Positions 1-13,630 of a stretch of 64,000 bases of DNA are shown piece by piece (the stretch's first letter is position 1; every line of letters starts with the position of its first letter). Source of the DNA: Camelus dromedarius (taxonomy: Eukaryota); contig NC_087436.1 of assembly GCF_036321535.1 (NCBI RefSeq), positions 78,432,001-78,496,000 of the forward strand, given 5' to 3'. Position numbers and translations under genes: made by a program. The notes below the pieces were generated by a model. The model had not been told where the DNA came from. It saw only the letters and a program-made list of their open reading frames with translations, and did not search any database.

Positions 1-372
1 GAACTCCCATTCATTCACCTTTTAAGGCCCAATTCAAATATTCCCTACTCTATGATGCTTTCCCCAAACCTCCTTGGGAGAGCCAACAGCTCATAGTTCA
101 ACAAAGCTATTATTATATTGTAATAGAAAGTACAGTGTATTTTGTACATTTCCATCTTATCTACTGTGAACTCTTTTAGGGGCAAAATCACATCTCACTA
201 ATCTTTGAAACAATACTGAACATGGAGTAAATTATAAGTATGTATTTGCCGACTGATACATTCTCATTATCATAGACAGTAGTTCTACATCTAGAAAGAA
301 GAATCTTCTAGATTTTAAAAGGAATTGACCTGAGATGTGAAAGTCAACATTGATCAGTTAAGCTTGGGTTAT

Positions 373-790
373 AGGCAGACTTAGCATAAAGGTTAAAAAC
401 ATGGGCTCTGAAGCTAGATAATTGAGGTTTAGATTTGCCAGAGAAAACACAGGGCACTCAATTAAATTTGAATTTCAGATAAACAATGAATAACCTTTTA
501 GTGTAAGTATGTCCCAAATATTTCAAAAAGAACATAAGTACTGCTGGTGTTGTGTGTGTGTGTTTCCCCCTGAATCTGACAATTCTACCAAAGTTCAAAC
601 CTCAGTTCTGTGGCTTCCTGGCTGTGTGACCTCAGATAAGTTAATTAACCTTTCTGTCCTTTCGTTTCTTGTTTTTAAAATTGGGGTAATAAATATCTGC
701 CTCCTAGAATTGTTGTGAAGATTAAATGAGTTCACATAAACATAAAAGACTTAGAACACCAAATGTCATGTAGGTTCTCGATATTAACCA
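373..790 (+). mobile_element. MIR SINE, split by a DNA transposon
   Basis: MIR-like head (ggttaaaaacatgggctctgaagctaga) at 373-430. Core resumes near 590 (ggctgtgtgacctcagataagttaattaacc...aaaattggggtaataa...ttgtgaagattaaatgag). Confidence 0.8.
431..587. mobile_element. MER53-like hAT MITE, internally deleted
   Basis: ttgccagagaaaacacagggcactcaattaaatttgaatttcagataaacaatgaataa...gtaagtatgtccc matches the MER53 left arm. Degenerate inverted terminus atctgacaattct. Confidence 0.6.
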
Positions 791-1019
791 CTGTAGCTAT
801 GTAATGGCCATTATTATTATTAGCAGTTTTGTCCTTATCTTAATGCTCATCTCATGAAGGTAGGTTTTATGCCCGCCTTAATGCTCATCAGTGAGACTGA
901 ATGTTAGAAATGCCTTCTTCATTACTAACAAAAAGACACATCCGCATGTACAGGGCCACACAGGTACCTCTTCTACTGCTAATTTGTTTTAACACCAAAA
1001 TGGTTCAAATCTTTTTTAA

Positions 1020-1200
1020 AAAAATGGTAAGTATGTGAGGCGATGGATGTGTTCATTAACTTGATTGTGGTAATCATTTATATTAAATCATCACACTGTA
1101 TACCATAAAAAGACATATTATACATTCTAAATATATATACTTTTTATTAGCCAATTATACCTCAAAAAAGCTTAAAAAATTAAGTTAGTTATAAATAAAT
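1020..1200 (+). mobile_element. Old L1 (L1M) 3' end fragment
   Basis: ggtaagtatgtgaggcgatggatgtgttcattaacttgattgtggtaatcattt...caattatacctcaaaaaagct, typical L1MA/MB 3'UTR. Confidence 0.7.
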
Positions 1201-2714
1201 CTATTTGGAATGACCAGTGGAAAAAATGGTTCTGAAGTAGTAACAAATACCCTGAAGATCTTCATTCGAACAGAAAGATGCTAGCTGAGGACAATGATCA
1301 CTCACAGCACAAGCCAAGCAGTCCTGCCTTAAATAATCTTACACGTTTGTAACACATTTCATATTTCCAAGTCTCTGAAATGAATCCAAAACTAACCAGT
1401 GAGATACGCAACCCCATACAGTACAGTTTAAAATTCTAGTGATTGGGGGAAAAAGAGCAAATGATAGAAAGATCATGCTCTCATGCCAGGGAATAAGAAT
1501 CTCATTTTCAGTCATGAAAAAGAAAAAGAACTTAAAAAATTAATCATTTCCACCCATATATAAATGTATTAGTTCCATTACAGCAACAAGTTAGGGTTAT
1601 TGTGCTGTTCTTCAAACCCACCCTGATGGTGACTACTAAAAATATCATAGGAGCATTAGCCAAGTGTGACATTGTACAGGTCATTGGAGCATGTATGTAC
1701 TTCTACACCATCCCTATTGTTTTCTCATTGTTTATCCAGTCAGACATCGTCCAAGTCCCCTTTACTAAAAGCACAAATGAAGAGAGAAGTATGTCCAGTA
1801 AGAAACAGCTCATATGAATATGCTCTAGTGGGAAATACTGTCTCGTGCATTACTATTAAAAACATGGCGTGCATGCGCGTGCACACACACACACGCATCT
1901 CAAAGCAATAAAGGGCCTGCAGAGAAGGAAGGTAAAATATGCTTGCTGAGCCATCATTACTGAACAGGAGGGAAGCCTGAAATCAACAAAGGACCAGTCA
2001 TGGGAAATTTATAAGTTAATATTGGTCACACCTGCAAATTACTACAGTGAGACCCCTGACCAAATCCAGAATACGATTTAAATGGATTTGGTGAAATATT
2101 TATACATCCCTTGGAGTCACTGAAATGTTCTGAATCTGAATTTGTCAGTTATCCCAATTAAGTGCAGTGGAAGTAATATCTATCACAGCTCAGATGAAGC
2201 AAATTTAACCACACCAATTGAGAACAGGGTTTTTCCTGGGAATCTGTAATGCATTTATTCACACAGCTTGTGGCTGAGGATATACATTTATTGTTTGTAT
2301 TTAATGGCCAATCAGGATTTTTTTCTCTCATTGCTTAAAAATAACAAGACTGTCAAATGCCTTAGAAAACCTCAAACACAAAACACTCCACTGGTACATT
2401 CTGGGAGTTTAGCAAAGCATGTATTTTGCGCCGTTAGCCAAAATAACCCCATTTGAGTGACAATTTACACACATGTCACATCTTTTCATCTCCCTTGTTT
2501 TCATGGAAAAGGTCAAAGCCATCAAGTCGACATGCTTAGCCAGAGTCAGGGAGAGTCATCATTTCACAGCCGTGAAGTGGAACCCACACAGCAAATGAGG
2601 CTAATCATTCAGCAAGTACAAGGAAAAAAGATTATGAGATCATAATTTTCTCACCAATTGAGAATCACTGTGCATAAAAATAGAAATTGATAGGAAGAAA
2701 ATCAGAATACTTAC

Positions 2715-2751
2715 CAAGAAAATAAGAGCACTAAATAAAATGATCTCTCGC
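2715..2751 (-). other. Candidate spliced exon (37 nt)
   Basis: Minus strand: atttctcag|GCGAGAGATC...ATTTTCTTG|gtaagt. Consensus donor, moderate acceptor, unique sequence. Confidence 0.4.
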
Positions 2752-2920
2752 CTGAGAAATGACTTTCCATTTCAAAGAAAGCAGAAAAGCTCTCAGATAT
2801 ACAAAAGACAAGAGAGCAAGAAAGCAAACCCTCCCGAAAACAATTTAACTCTGTTGCTTTATTCTCAGGATACAATTTATGACACAGAATGCCCTGCGTG
2901 GCCTTGCCAGTGCCACTCAC

Positions 2921-2982
2921 CTTGCATCAGTGGCACTCTTTTTGCTGGCAAATAAGAAATAATTCTGCTTGCATTTATTTGG
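2921..2982 (-). other. Candidate spliced exon (62 nt)
   Basis: Minus strand: catctctatttgtag|CCAAATAAATG...TGATGCAAG|gtgagt. Strong donor and good acceptor in non-repetitive DNA. Confidence 0.55.
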
Positions 2983-4231
2983 CTACAAATAGAGATGATC
3001 TATTCCTAAACATGTTAGCAGAAGGGTTGTAAAGACTGATGAGGTTAACTAACAGGAGTGCACTGATGTGCACACGCCTGCTAAAAATCCTGTTTCACTT
3101 TTTCCAGATGAGCATCTCCCAACAAAGAGGATTCTATAATGATGCAGGAAGAAAAGATTCTTTCTCAGCTTTTAAGCATTCAGGAAAGCCTAGACAGAAT
3201 TAATTTTTCCACAGAAGAAATATATAATAGATCTTAGGAAAATTCTACTTAATCCCAAAACCGTATTCTAAGGAGGATGGATTCTGTTCAAAAAAGACAG
3301 GGTGGCCCTTTTGCTCAGTCAAGTACCTTGGCTGGTGCAAAGGTTGTCCTGGGGATGAGTTTGGGAGTGGAGGGGGTGGAATGAGACGTTGACATTTTCT
3401 GAATAAAAGAGTAAGAAGAATCTGGAGTTCTGAGAGCAAGCCTAGAGAAGTGCCAAGACAAAACAGGAGCCAGCAAGATGGAGAGAGGCCAGGATACAAT
3501 ATGGTGTGGCTGGGCCAGTGAGACATAGTCCCATGACGGTGTGGCCAAAAATACCTTGAAGGACAAGGATGTTTAATACAGGACTGTGTGCTGTAATCTG
3601 TGATGTGTGATGTGGCAGTGTGACTCCTGCCCTTTCATTCCATGAGCCTCTGTAAAGATTCTGATTAATGAAACAACTCTTTGTTGCTGGAGGAATCAAA
3701 AAGAAGGAGCCTTCTATCCTGGACAGAGATAAAGGACCATCGTAAGCAGAGCAGAAAAAACAAGGATCCCCCAGAAGTAGCCCAGGGAAGGTTAAATCCA
3801 CCAGGATTTGCAGAAATCTTGGAAATAGCACTGGACATTCCAAAGGGTTTAGAAAAAGGCTTGAACCATCTTATCTAGAGATCAAGTGTTAGAGTAACCA
3901 GCTGACATCTGGGTACAGATGTTTAAACTCTTCTTGTAGCTTTGCCTGCTAGCTGAATATCCATTGTGTGCTTTAATTCCAGCAGGAAGTCTCTCTCTGT
4001 GTAGTCCTCGGCTCCATGTCTTAGAACTTAATTAACCTGAATACTCAGAGCCATAATCTGCTCACCAGTTGTTAGCTTTACACGTTTAAAATGTGACTGT
4101 CATCCAGACCACTGATTTCATACACAGGGAAGCCCCAACGTACCCACATGCTAAATTCCAAAGTTACACTTGAAAGCCGATTGGTAGGAAGTGGGAGTCC
4201 GTTTTTCCCATAGAAGTAATGCTATAAATCA

Positions 4232-4392
4232 AATGGTCTCAAATTTTAATGCACAAATGAATAGCATAGGAGGCTTGTTAAAAATAGATCCCTGCGCTCT
4301 ACCACCAGAGTCCGATTCTGGGATGGACTCCAACAAGCAGCATTTTGATTAAATACCCAGTTGATTCTGATGCAACCACACTTTGGAAAACA
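4232..4392. mobile_element. MER5-like hAT-Charlie MITE
   Basis: ggtctcaaattttaatgcac...ggaggcttgttaaaaatagat...gattctg...gattctgatgcaaccacactttggaaaa. Confidence 0.65.
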
Positions 4393-5594
4393 TCATTATC
4401 AGTATTGATAAGACTTTCTTTATACCCCCACAAAAGCTAATTTCACCCATAATATAATTGAAATAGGAGTCATGATCATTTTCAGCTTTGAATACTCCCT
4501 TCCCCTAGTCACAGATCCTCAGGCTAAAAGTCCAACTGCTTGGAGCATGTAGAAAGCTGGTATGGGTTCTGACGAGCCCAGGAGGCAGCCCCTCTAGTGG
4601 AGGCTGAGCAAGCCGAGCGAGACTGCAGCAACTGTCATAGGAAAGGTTGCCCATAATTCACGGGTTTTTTTCCCCTGAACTTGTCACCCCCTTCAGAATT
4701 CTAATTAAGATCCCGGTGGCTTAAAAGAATGAAGCTAGCTCCCTAACTTACTTCCCTTATAGCCAAGTAATAAAACTGAGAAAATCTAGCTCCATTAATT
4801 TCTGTATGATGACAGTATTTCCAGAAAAGCACAGCTTATTTGGGGATTTTTTTCCAGTGGAAATTAATTAATACTCAATTGCAGAGTCCAAGACCCAAAA
4901 CAAAGACTGAATTGAGTGCTGTTTTCCTTGTAAGTAGGAAAATATACCAAATAGCTTAAGATACAGAGGCTCTCTCTAGCTGAGTGTCCAAAGTGATAAA
5001 GAAAAAAAAATGCGAAGGACACGGATTGTTCTAAGTAGCTGAAAGATTTCAGAGATCCTTTGTGTGATGGCCTGCCAGAATTTTAGTCTAGCAAAGGTTG
5101 CTAAAAGACACTAGATGTGAACAGGCCATCTTTAACTCAAAAAAAAAAAAAAAAAAAAAAATCCACCAAGCTTAGAACAGAGTAACTTCTAGACCTTGAA
5201 TGACACAACATGACAATTTTATTGGCTGACCTTTCAAAAGTGAGAAGATCTACTTAGACACTCTGATGTGCAGGTTCTGAATTACGATGAGCAAGCAGGG
5301 GTCTCAAACCTCCCCTCCACTGTTGCAGCTAAACATTTGGGAGTAATATCACTAATTAAAATGCAGCGTTTCAACCTGAAAGCGGGGCTCCCGCCTCCAG
5401 TGCATACTGGCGGAGCCCACTGTTTCTGCTTCCTCTCCCCAACACACACTACCTACTATCTTCCACCATAGAGATTCTCCTTATTACAATTTTCAGTGTA
5501 TTTCTTCAACAGATGTAACGTGTTTACTTGGGCGCCTGGAGACTGAATCTCTTCAGGTGGGTAATCATTTGAATAAGGAAAGTCAAGAAATCAA

Positions 5595-6095
5595 TGTAAT
5601 CCCCACCTCACCTCCGGCACAAAATAAATTCCATGTGGATTAAGGATCTAAAACTAAAAAACAAATCTGCAAAATACTAAGAGAACAAATGATCATGTTT
5701 GCCAGAGTTTATAACAGTAGAAATTTGACAAAAAAAATTTTAAACCAGATTATCCATCAGTAAGGGAGTATGCAAGGGTAAATAATGTTTTATTCATGCA
5801 CTGGAATAATATGTGCTTACTAAAACAGGTCTTTAAAAGGAGGAGGTGGAATTCTATATTCTGACACAGAAAGAGGTCTATGACATTGCTAAGTGAAAAA
5901 AGGGAAATTAGAATAAATTATATGTCAAACAAAAACAAAACAAAAACAAAATAAATGTGTGAGTGCATGCATGAAAGAAATCCCTGGGGGGGGGGGGGGA
6001 CGCATAAGCCATTAACATTTGTTCTATCTAAGGGTGAGAACATGAGACATCACCCCTTTATATATTTTACGCCTTTCGGTATAGTTTGAATTTCT
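5595..6095 (+). mobile_element. Ancient L1M 3' region fragments (contains a G15 run at 5985-5999)
   Basis: aaaataaattccatgtggattaaggatctaaa; tatccatcagtaagggag; gacattgctaagtgaaaaaa. Confidence 0.55.
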
Positions 6096-6214
6096 GCTAC
6101 AGTAAGAAATCGCGATAGAGTCACATCGTTAAAAACATTAAATAGGTAAATTCCACCTCGTCCAAAGCGAAAGGAGGGAGACAAAAAGTGATTTAAATAG
6201 TGCAGTAATGGTTA

Positions 6215-6450
6215 AAAGTGTAGAGGAAAGCAGTTAAGAGCAAGAGCACTTGAGCCAGACCGCCTGAGTTCAGATTCCAGTTATGCCACTTTTTATAAGT
6301 TACCTGACCTCGGTTTTACTTCTTAAAAAAAATGGGTATAATAATAATGAATTCCTTCAGGGGTTGTAAGGATTAAATGAGTTAATACATGTAAAGTGTT
6401 TTAAAGAGTGCCTGACAGCCTAAGTCTTCAATAAATGTTAATTTATTATT
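6215..6450 (+). mobile_element. MIR SINE
   Basis: gttaagagcaagagcacttgagccagaccgcctgagttcagattccag...aggattaaatgagttaatacatgtaaagtg...caataaatgtta. Confidence 0.85.
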
Positions 6451-9400
6451 CTATTCTAGGAAGGGAGTGGATACGCCACATTTTTTTGCTTAGTTGGCTT
6501 CAGTTTTTATGCCTCTCATAGTGTAAACATCTTACTGCATTCCACAGAGCTAATATTTAAAGATCTATACTTCTCATACAACATGGCTCCTATGCCCAAG
6601 TCAACTACTTTTAGCAGTCGGTCAAAGAAACAATGGTTTGTTTCAATGCCAGTGGGAAAACCAGCGGTGTTAGATTCACTGAAAGATGGCCTGTCAGCCT
6701 ACACTGTGGCATGTAAATATGGCCACGTATACTTAGTCTACGAGCAGTTTAGGGGATTTCAAGAGAGGCTTTGTCTATTTTCCTTTTTTTACACACAGGC
6801 TTTAGAATGTAGCCACAGTATACAATATAACTACTTATTATAACTGAAGAAGCAAGAAACTACCCAAGTTTGGTATATTACAAATAACAATAATTACAAA
6901 GACTATCAGACCTTTCACATTGCCTCAACTGACCTCTTCTTAACATTTCTCTTACACATTTTTATGCTACAAGGGTTTCTGATTCTTCTTCTATCTTAAA
7001 TTATTTACTACTTCGGTTTGGTTAAGGAAGGAAGGGTGCCTGGGATAACCCTATGGTGCTGAAAACAACACAATTATAATCTCTGAGACAAGGCATCTTG
7101 GCGTTGGTGCCAGCAGCTCTGTGGCCTGGGAACCAGCACTCCTGGTACAGACTGCAGGGCCTCACCACTAGGCACTGGCATCTGAGCATCCTGGGCTCAG
7201 GCACTGACTGGCATCAGCAGCCACGTAGTATCTTCAGCACTGCCTTCAGTGGACATCAGCCACATAGGAGCCACTCTCAGGACGAGCAGCAAAAGGAACA
7301 TCGCCACAGTGGCCAGTGAGGCAGGCACAAGATGGATGAGGTACCACCTTATAGCATCAGGGTAAATGCTACAAGATGAAGGAAAGATACCTAGCACTTG
7401 GAGCATAATTTGAAATTCCCTGGGGGTTCCTTGGAGGTACTGAAATGAGTTCCCATGGGAATTTTGGATAGTTAAGGGTAGAATGTTAAATTTTGCAGTG
7501 AACTTGGATCTAAGACTTGAAAGAGTCCACAATACGCTTTATATAAAAACAAGGTGGAGGGGTATCCTGAACCTATTTCAGTGACTGCTCCAGCCAGTGG
7601 AAAAAATACCCATTTTCTGGGGGAATTATTAGCTACAGAGGTGTTCACGAATCTGAGGATCCTCGAATATCTTCAGAGATGGTCTTCAGCATTGTTAAGG
7701 GTCCTCTGGAGGCTCGGAGAACCTAGACGTTCAGGCCTTTGATTATGCAACAAATATTTATGCCAAGAATTACTAAACTATCCTGAAAAGATTATGGAAG
7801 AAGTTCCCTTGGAGACACCAGGGAGAACCTGGAGAATCAGGTGCCCTGAGTGTGAACTTCAGTGGATTTGCTCTTCACTCTTCATCCTCACCTGCAACCT
7901 TCCTCCAAATCCTCAAAAGATGCACTTATTTCAATTTATCTACATGGAAAAGCCCTTATGAGAATAAGCAAATTTTAATTTTGAGTTCTATTTTCAGTAT
8001 TATTTTGAGTTTTAATTACTAAAGCTAGAGAGAACACCACACAAATTCTGAAACAGTGTCTCATTAGAGAAAGTGAATGTCCATTTTTTATAGCTTATAG
8101 AATGGTCTGAGAGTTCTTAGGATATCAAAAGCAGGTGCATCTTTGGACTGGTCGACTTCTTAAGTTGAGGGTCAGTACAGGCAGGGAAAGGTTCTGAGCA
8201 AGAAGCAAGGTATGCTGAGGCTGTCACTGCAGAACCGGTGAGGTAGTTGTTCCATTTCTCACTTTTGAAAATAATAATGATAATATGATGATGTCTGTGC
8301 ATCACAGAGAAGAACCTAGAACAGTCACTCCACAACACAATGATGATGGTCAATTATTCTACACTTCATTTTTCACATTAGATTTTGAGTATCCAGATAG
8401 CAGGTCTGGGATTCTTTCTTTGTACATTGCCTAGAAAACTACCATATGCAAGTACATATTTATCAGAGCTTCTAAATTTAGTTTGCAATGGATGTAGTTA
8501 GGATCAGCCCTGCCAAAGTCTCTCTGGCTCTTCATATGGAAACACCATCCATTTCTGGGGGGATCTTTCAAGAGAAGGTAAGAAGAACTCAGTTCCTGCT
8601 TTAGGACCCCTCTAACTGTAAGGATCTGTAGTAAAACATGGTACAACTTACAGCTGTGCTCTGTGTGCACAAAATGAAGACCTTCCCCCGAAAACTTTCT
8701 AGAGAGGGCAAGCACGGGAACCAGGAATGGAGGCTCTGAATTCACTGAGGCCCAGGGAAGCAGAGGAAGAAAAGATGAAGAAGCAAGTGGCAATCGACAC
8801 TGATGCGGAAGCCACGGTGCTTGTTGCCCATCAGTGGGACTCTTCCTTCCACCATCCCCCAGGCAGGGGTCCCTCCCCCTGCCCCCATCTCAACTGACGT
8901 GTTACTTCTTCAGGATGTTTTGTCCATTTCTTTTTTCTTTTCTGTTTTAGTGAATCTATTTCTTCCACATTAAAATATTTGGGGAGTATCCAGATATGGG
9001 TTTGACCTTGGGACATCTAGACCATGGAATCTGTATAAACTTTTTTTTAATGAAATATGAGAACCTCAGGCATCTCCATCCTGTTTGAGTGGATCTTAAA
9101 TCTAAGACAGAAAGTTTTCCAACTCAGTAAATAGCAGGTTGATTATTCAGTGTGTAGTTAAAGAGAAAAATGTAATGATCCACTTCCCTGGCTCATCAGC
9201 CCAGGGAAGTCATTTGTCTCCAGCAATGAGGTGAGGACACAGGACAGAAGACCCAGCAGGAGTAAAGGATTACACACTAAGCCAGTTCTACATCATTTAA
9301 AAATAAAATGGGCCACGTTATTTTTTTTTAATGCTTTCTGTGTTAATCACTCCTCAAAGCTAGAAGGGTAGACCCCCCACCTCGGCCCACGGGAGTACCA

Positions 9401-9657
9401 TAGGGGTACCCTTAAATGATTCAGGATATTAAGCCCATAAAACCAACTCGCTAGATGCCACACAGTACAGTGGAGAAAATGCTTACTCTACCTGCAAGAG
9501 GAAAAACATGTAAATATGCCAAAGTACCAGTATCTTTGCTTCTGTGGAAGGAAGTCAACAGTCAAGAAGCCTGTGGCAGACTTGGTTACTACCTTCACAG
9601 GGCCCTTTTTTTTTTTACTATGGTAAAATACACATAACATCTATCATCTTAACCATT

Positions 9658-10251
9658 AAAAAAATTTTTTTAATTGAACCTTAAATTCCCTTTTTAAGCT
9701 TTATAGGGAGGGGATTACATTTATTTATTCATTTTCTTACTTAATTATTTTAATGAAGGTGTGAAGGAAAAACCGGGCTGGTCTAACAAGATAACTCACA
9801 AGTCTAAGTATTGGAATACTGATCTGAGTTCTGCTGGACTAACTTGTAAATATAGGTTAATTAGTGTTGGTTTGCTGTTCATGTTTTTTGCTAGCCAGCT
9901 GGGTTTTCAAAGATACATATCTGGCTTTGGAATGTTGGTTTGCTGCCTCCCCGCCTCCACTTTTGTGATGATAATGCTGCTAAAGCTGTTCCACGCCTAT
10001 TGGCCGAATACCCCAAGCTTGTACTTCACCCTGTAAAACCTCACGCGCATGTCTTGGAGGTGCTCAGAGCCTCGGAGCAGAAGCCCCTCTGAGCCCACTG
10101 GCGTAATACATCTGAGTACTCCAACCCTCCGAGTGGTGCTTGTTTCTTGACTGGCCTGTCGTTTCCGTAACAAAGGTACTGCAGATTGAACTCAGGACCT
10201 CGTGCGTGCTAAGCACACACTCTACCACTGAGCTATACCCTACCCTTCCCT
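9658..10251 (-). mobile_element. Vic-1-like tRNA-derived SINE, split by a solo LTR
   Basis: Reverse head gattgaactcaggacctcgtgcgtgctaagcacacactctaccactgagctataccc. T-rich tail 9658-9759. TSD tcttaaccatt at 9647-9657 and 10252-10262. Confidence 0.85.
9760..10172 (+). mobile_element. Solo LTR (413 bp), probably ERV1 class
   Basis: TG...CA termini (tgtgaagg...ccgtaaca). 4-bp TSD aagg at 9756-9759 and 10173-10176. TATA-like tgtaaaa and polyA-like aataca. Many CpGs retained. Confidence 0.85.
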
Positions 10252-10629
10252 TCTTAACCATTTTTAGGTGTTCAGTTCAGTGACATCAAACGCATTCATA
10301 ATGTTGTGCAACCATCACCACCATCCATCTCCAAACTCTTTTCATCTTCCCAAACCAAAACTGTGCACCCACTAAACACTAACTCCCCACTTCCCACTCT
10401 CCCGGCCCCTGGAGGCCACCATCCTACTCTCTGTCTCTGTGATTCTGACTGCTCGAAGTATTCCCCATAAGTGGAGTCATACAGTATTTGTCTTTTTGTG
10501 ACTGGCTTATTTCACTTAGCCTCAAGTTTCAGTCACGTTGTAGCATGTGTCAGAACTGCCTTCCTTTTTAAGGCTGGTTAATTTTAATGCAACAGTTTTA
10601 AAAATCAAAAAGACAGGATCCATATTACT

Positions 10630-10850
10630 GATTTTTCCTTTTGTTTCAGGCTCCAGCAGGCTGTGACGGATGCTGTCTTTATTTTAAATTTTGGCATTTT
10701 GTTCATCATGTATATCTCTGTATTCATGTTGATTGATTTAAACAGTAACATATTATTCAACTTGATTAGTGAGCTTTTTGGCAGCCACCCCTTTACACTT
10801 CGTGCCTGAGGTGAATGCCTCGTTCCCCTCACCCCAGCCCCAGCTGTGGC
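10630..10850. mobile_element. MER96-like hAT MITE fragment
   Basis: ttttaaattttggcattttgttcatcatg...cttgattagtgagctttttgg...tgcctgaggtgaatgcctcgttcccctcacccc. Confidence 0.45.
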
Positions 10851-10874
10851 TCTGCTCCACAAACAAACAAACAT

Positions 10875-11375
10875 GCAGTATAACGTCAAGTGGTGCCTTA
10901 CTAAGCAAGCCTTTTTATTCTGATGGTTCCATCACCCCTCCCAGGGTAGCCAATTCCTGTAGAGCTAGTAAACAGCTCCCCTTCCAGCAAATCTTTCATA
11001 TGTAAAGCAACCACTCCAAGCCCAGACCCCAGCTACTTCATTCAGGTCGCTAGCTCTGGCCCTAGTCACCCAGGGCCAGGTACCAGACAAGTAGGCACAG
11101 CCAACCCAAAACCCCACCAGAGTTATTCAGATTAGTCAGTCCTAAGCCTGCCCATCCTGCCTGCCTGTTCCTTCCCATGGGAACCACAATAAAGGCTCTT
11201 GCCAGTTTCTACCCTCCCTCTGCCTCCTGACTGGCCCTGGTGCTGCCCCCTGTGGCCCTGCCTGGCATGGCATGTCCCTTCCTTTTGGGAACTGTGAATA
11301 ATGAACTACCTTTTCTATGGCAATCATCCCCTGACCCTCACTGTACATGAATGATAATAAAACCTACATTTTGGA
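10875..11375 (+). mobile_element. ERVL LTR (MER54/MER74-like)
   Basis: cccagggccaggtaccagacaa...cctgttccttcccatgggaaccacaataaaggctcttgcc...ttgggaactgtgaataa. Confidence 0.65.
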
Positions 11376-11379
11376 ACAG

Positions 11380-12720
11380 TGCTCAGGGAAGGTGGTATGG
11401 AGCAAAGAAGGGTGCTGTTTTAGGTAGGTGGTCTGGGACAGCATCTCTGAAGAGATGTCTTTTGAGCAGCTTCCTGAAGGCAGGGAGGAAGGAAAAATCA
11501 TCTACTTCCTGACTAGATAATTTGATCATTTCTGGACCACCTCTCCCCCTTCTTCTTCCTCTCATGATTTTTTCCTCTCTCAAGCACCATTTTCTTGTGT
11601 TTTTCTCTTGCCCCTGTGACCATGCCAACCTGGTCCTCACTGCCTGGTGGGGTTCCCAGGGCCTCCCCTACTCCCTGGTGTCAGTAATGTTTTAGGCACC
11701 AATTCTTCCCCACAAGAAGTTCCAAATACTTACCGGCCTTCCTCCAGACTATCCCACAGACAGTACAAATGCATCCTGTCTAAAACCAAACGTGTTATCC
11801 TCTCCCCAACCCTACCCAAACATAAGACCGTTCAACACTTTTCCACTTGGATTATAAAGCTGTCACAATTGGTCCTTCCCCTTCAATCTTTCCTGCAACC
11901 AATTCGTGCTCTACAGTGTTGCCAGAGGACTCTTAACACAGACTTCCTGCCTAATAATTTCAATGCTTCCTCACTGTCTACAACACAAAGGCCAACATTC
12001 TGATCCCGGAACTATCATCCCAGCTTCATCCCCAGTGACACCTCCCACAGCCTCAAGCCTTTGCTCCACCAGGTTAACAAGTGTCCCCAGCGCCCAAAGT
12101 GCACTGACCTCACCAACTGCATTCATCGTCAACTCCAGTGCAGCCACGGACTCTGATAACCATTCTCTGAGTATTTTAGAATATTCGAATCACGAAATAA
12201 GGACATGTTTGCTGTAGAAAATTCAGAAAGTAAAGAAAACCTAATGAATAAGACTGGAATCACTCCCTCTAACCCCACCACCCATTCTATCCACTTACAA
12301 GTGTTAACTCAGTACCTACTGTGTGCAAAGAATAAGACAGAGCTAGATGCAGAGGACGTAGAGCCTCTTAAATGAAACAAGGAGAGAGAAAGAGGACTTT
12401 TCATATGCTGTTCCCTGTGTCTGAAATGTCCTTCTCCCCTTTATCATGTGGCAGACTTCTACCCTCAGAGGTCAACTCAAGCCTCTCTTCATGAATCTTC
12501 CCTGATTTCCCCCAGATTGTGCTCATTTTAGACTGACTACCATTTGATTTTTTTTTTTTTTTTTTTTTTGCTGTTCTGTACCTTGTATTTTCATCCGTCT
12601 TAGCCCCTATTACACATTACCAAAGGGTTCTGACGCTGTGTATATCTACCTCCTCTTCTAGTCTGCTGGGAATCGTGGTGGCCAATCCAGCCCTGACGCA
12701 CAGCAGGCCCTTAGAAGACA
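11380..12720. mobile_element. Cluster of degraded L2 fragments
   Basis: gggacagcatctctgaagagatgtcttttgagcag; catgctgttccc-like and gaaatgtccttctcccc motifs typical of L2. Confidence 0.45.
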
Positions 12721-13273
12721 AACGTTACTGAACTGTGCTTCATAAGACTTCTCTTGAGTCAGAAAAACCCAAGTGGTTTCAGTAACTGCAACTCCATTCG
12801 ATGAAAGCTTTGTATATCTTCCAAACACCTCTTTTTATCTTAAAGCATTTCCCCAGGTCATGCTTTAAATGCAATAACATATATAACTCATTTTAATGGG
12901 ACATGTTACACAATAAGCAAGTCCCACTAGATACCAAAGCAAAGTAGAAGGGTCATTTGCTACACTTCGTACTCTCATCAAGCCTGCAAAAATTATTTAG
13001 CCTGTCCTTCTTACTAAACTCCCGCCAGTTTCAAAGCATTTAAAATAATCCATTAGCTACTCCTCGCAACTCCTCTTTGAGCCTAGTCAATGTGCTTACG
13101 ACATTCTAAAGGTATTGTTTAAAGAAGGTAGAAACAAAAAAAACAGCTCTCTTGTAATGCCGTGGGATTACCCAACAGTGCCTAGCACCTGCACAGAAAG
13201 CAGCCAACGCTTAGGGTTGAGACGCAAGCAAAAGATTTTCCCTTCACCAGGGACCCCTGTGACTAGCACTCAC

Positions 13274-13340
13274 CGTTTGAAGAAGAGTCGTCTGAAAATT
13301 CCACAGGTTGAGGGGAGATTACCAGACCAGCCAGGACCAT
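13274..13340 (-). other. Candidate spliced exon (67 nt)
   Basis: Minus strand: gtttgcttcccatag|ATGGTCCTGG...TTCAAACG|gtgagt. Good acceptor, strong donor, unique flanks. Confidence 0.6.
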
Positions 13341-13529
13341 CTATGGGAAGCAAACTATCATTTGGATAAGCAGGAATTTAAGGGGCACAAGGGAAGAGGG
13401 GGTCCTCATAACTTGAAACACAAACATCAGCAGCACCAGGAGTAGAGGACCCCAGAATGACTGCTTTGTCACTGCTCAGGCCCTACCAGTGAGGAAGTGA
13501 TTCAGTATAACATGAGGGGAAACTGAAAC

Positions 13530-13630
13530 ATTATATATAATGTTATTATATGTTACCATATAATACATATATTTTTGTGTTGTATAGTATTATGTTATTA
13601 TATATAATTATATATAATATATAGTAATTA
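13530..13630. repeat. AT-rich low-complexity tract
   Basis: Degenerate TA/TTATA repeats. Confidence 0.7.

Larger units (their letters stand above)
9605..10580 (-). mobile_element. L1MB-like 3' end, interrupted by a SINE and an LTR
   Basis: Poly-T then tggtaaaatacacataacat...tcttaaccatt. Resumes at 10252 with tcttaaccatttttaggtgttcagttcagtg...gtgactggcttatttcacttagc. Confidence 0.85.
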
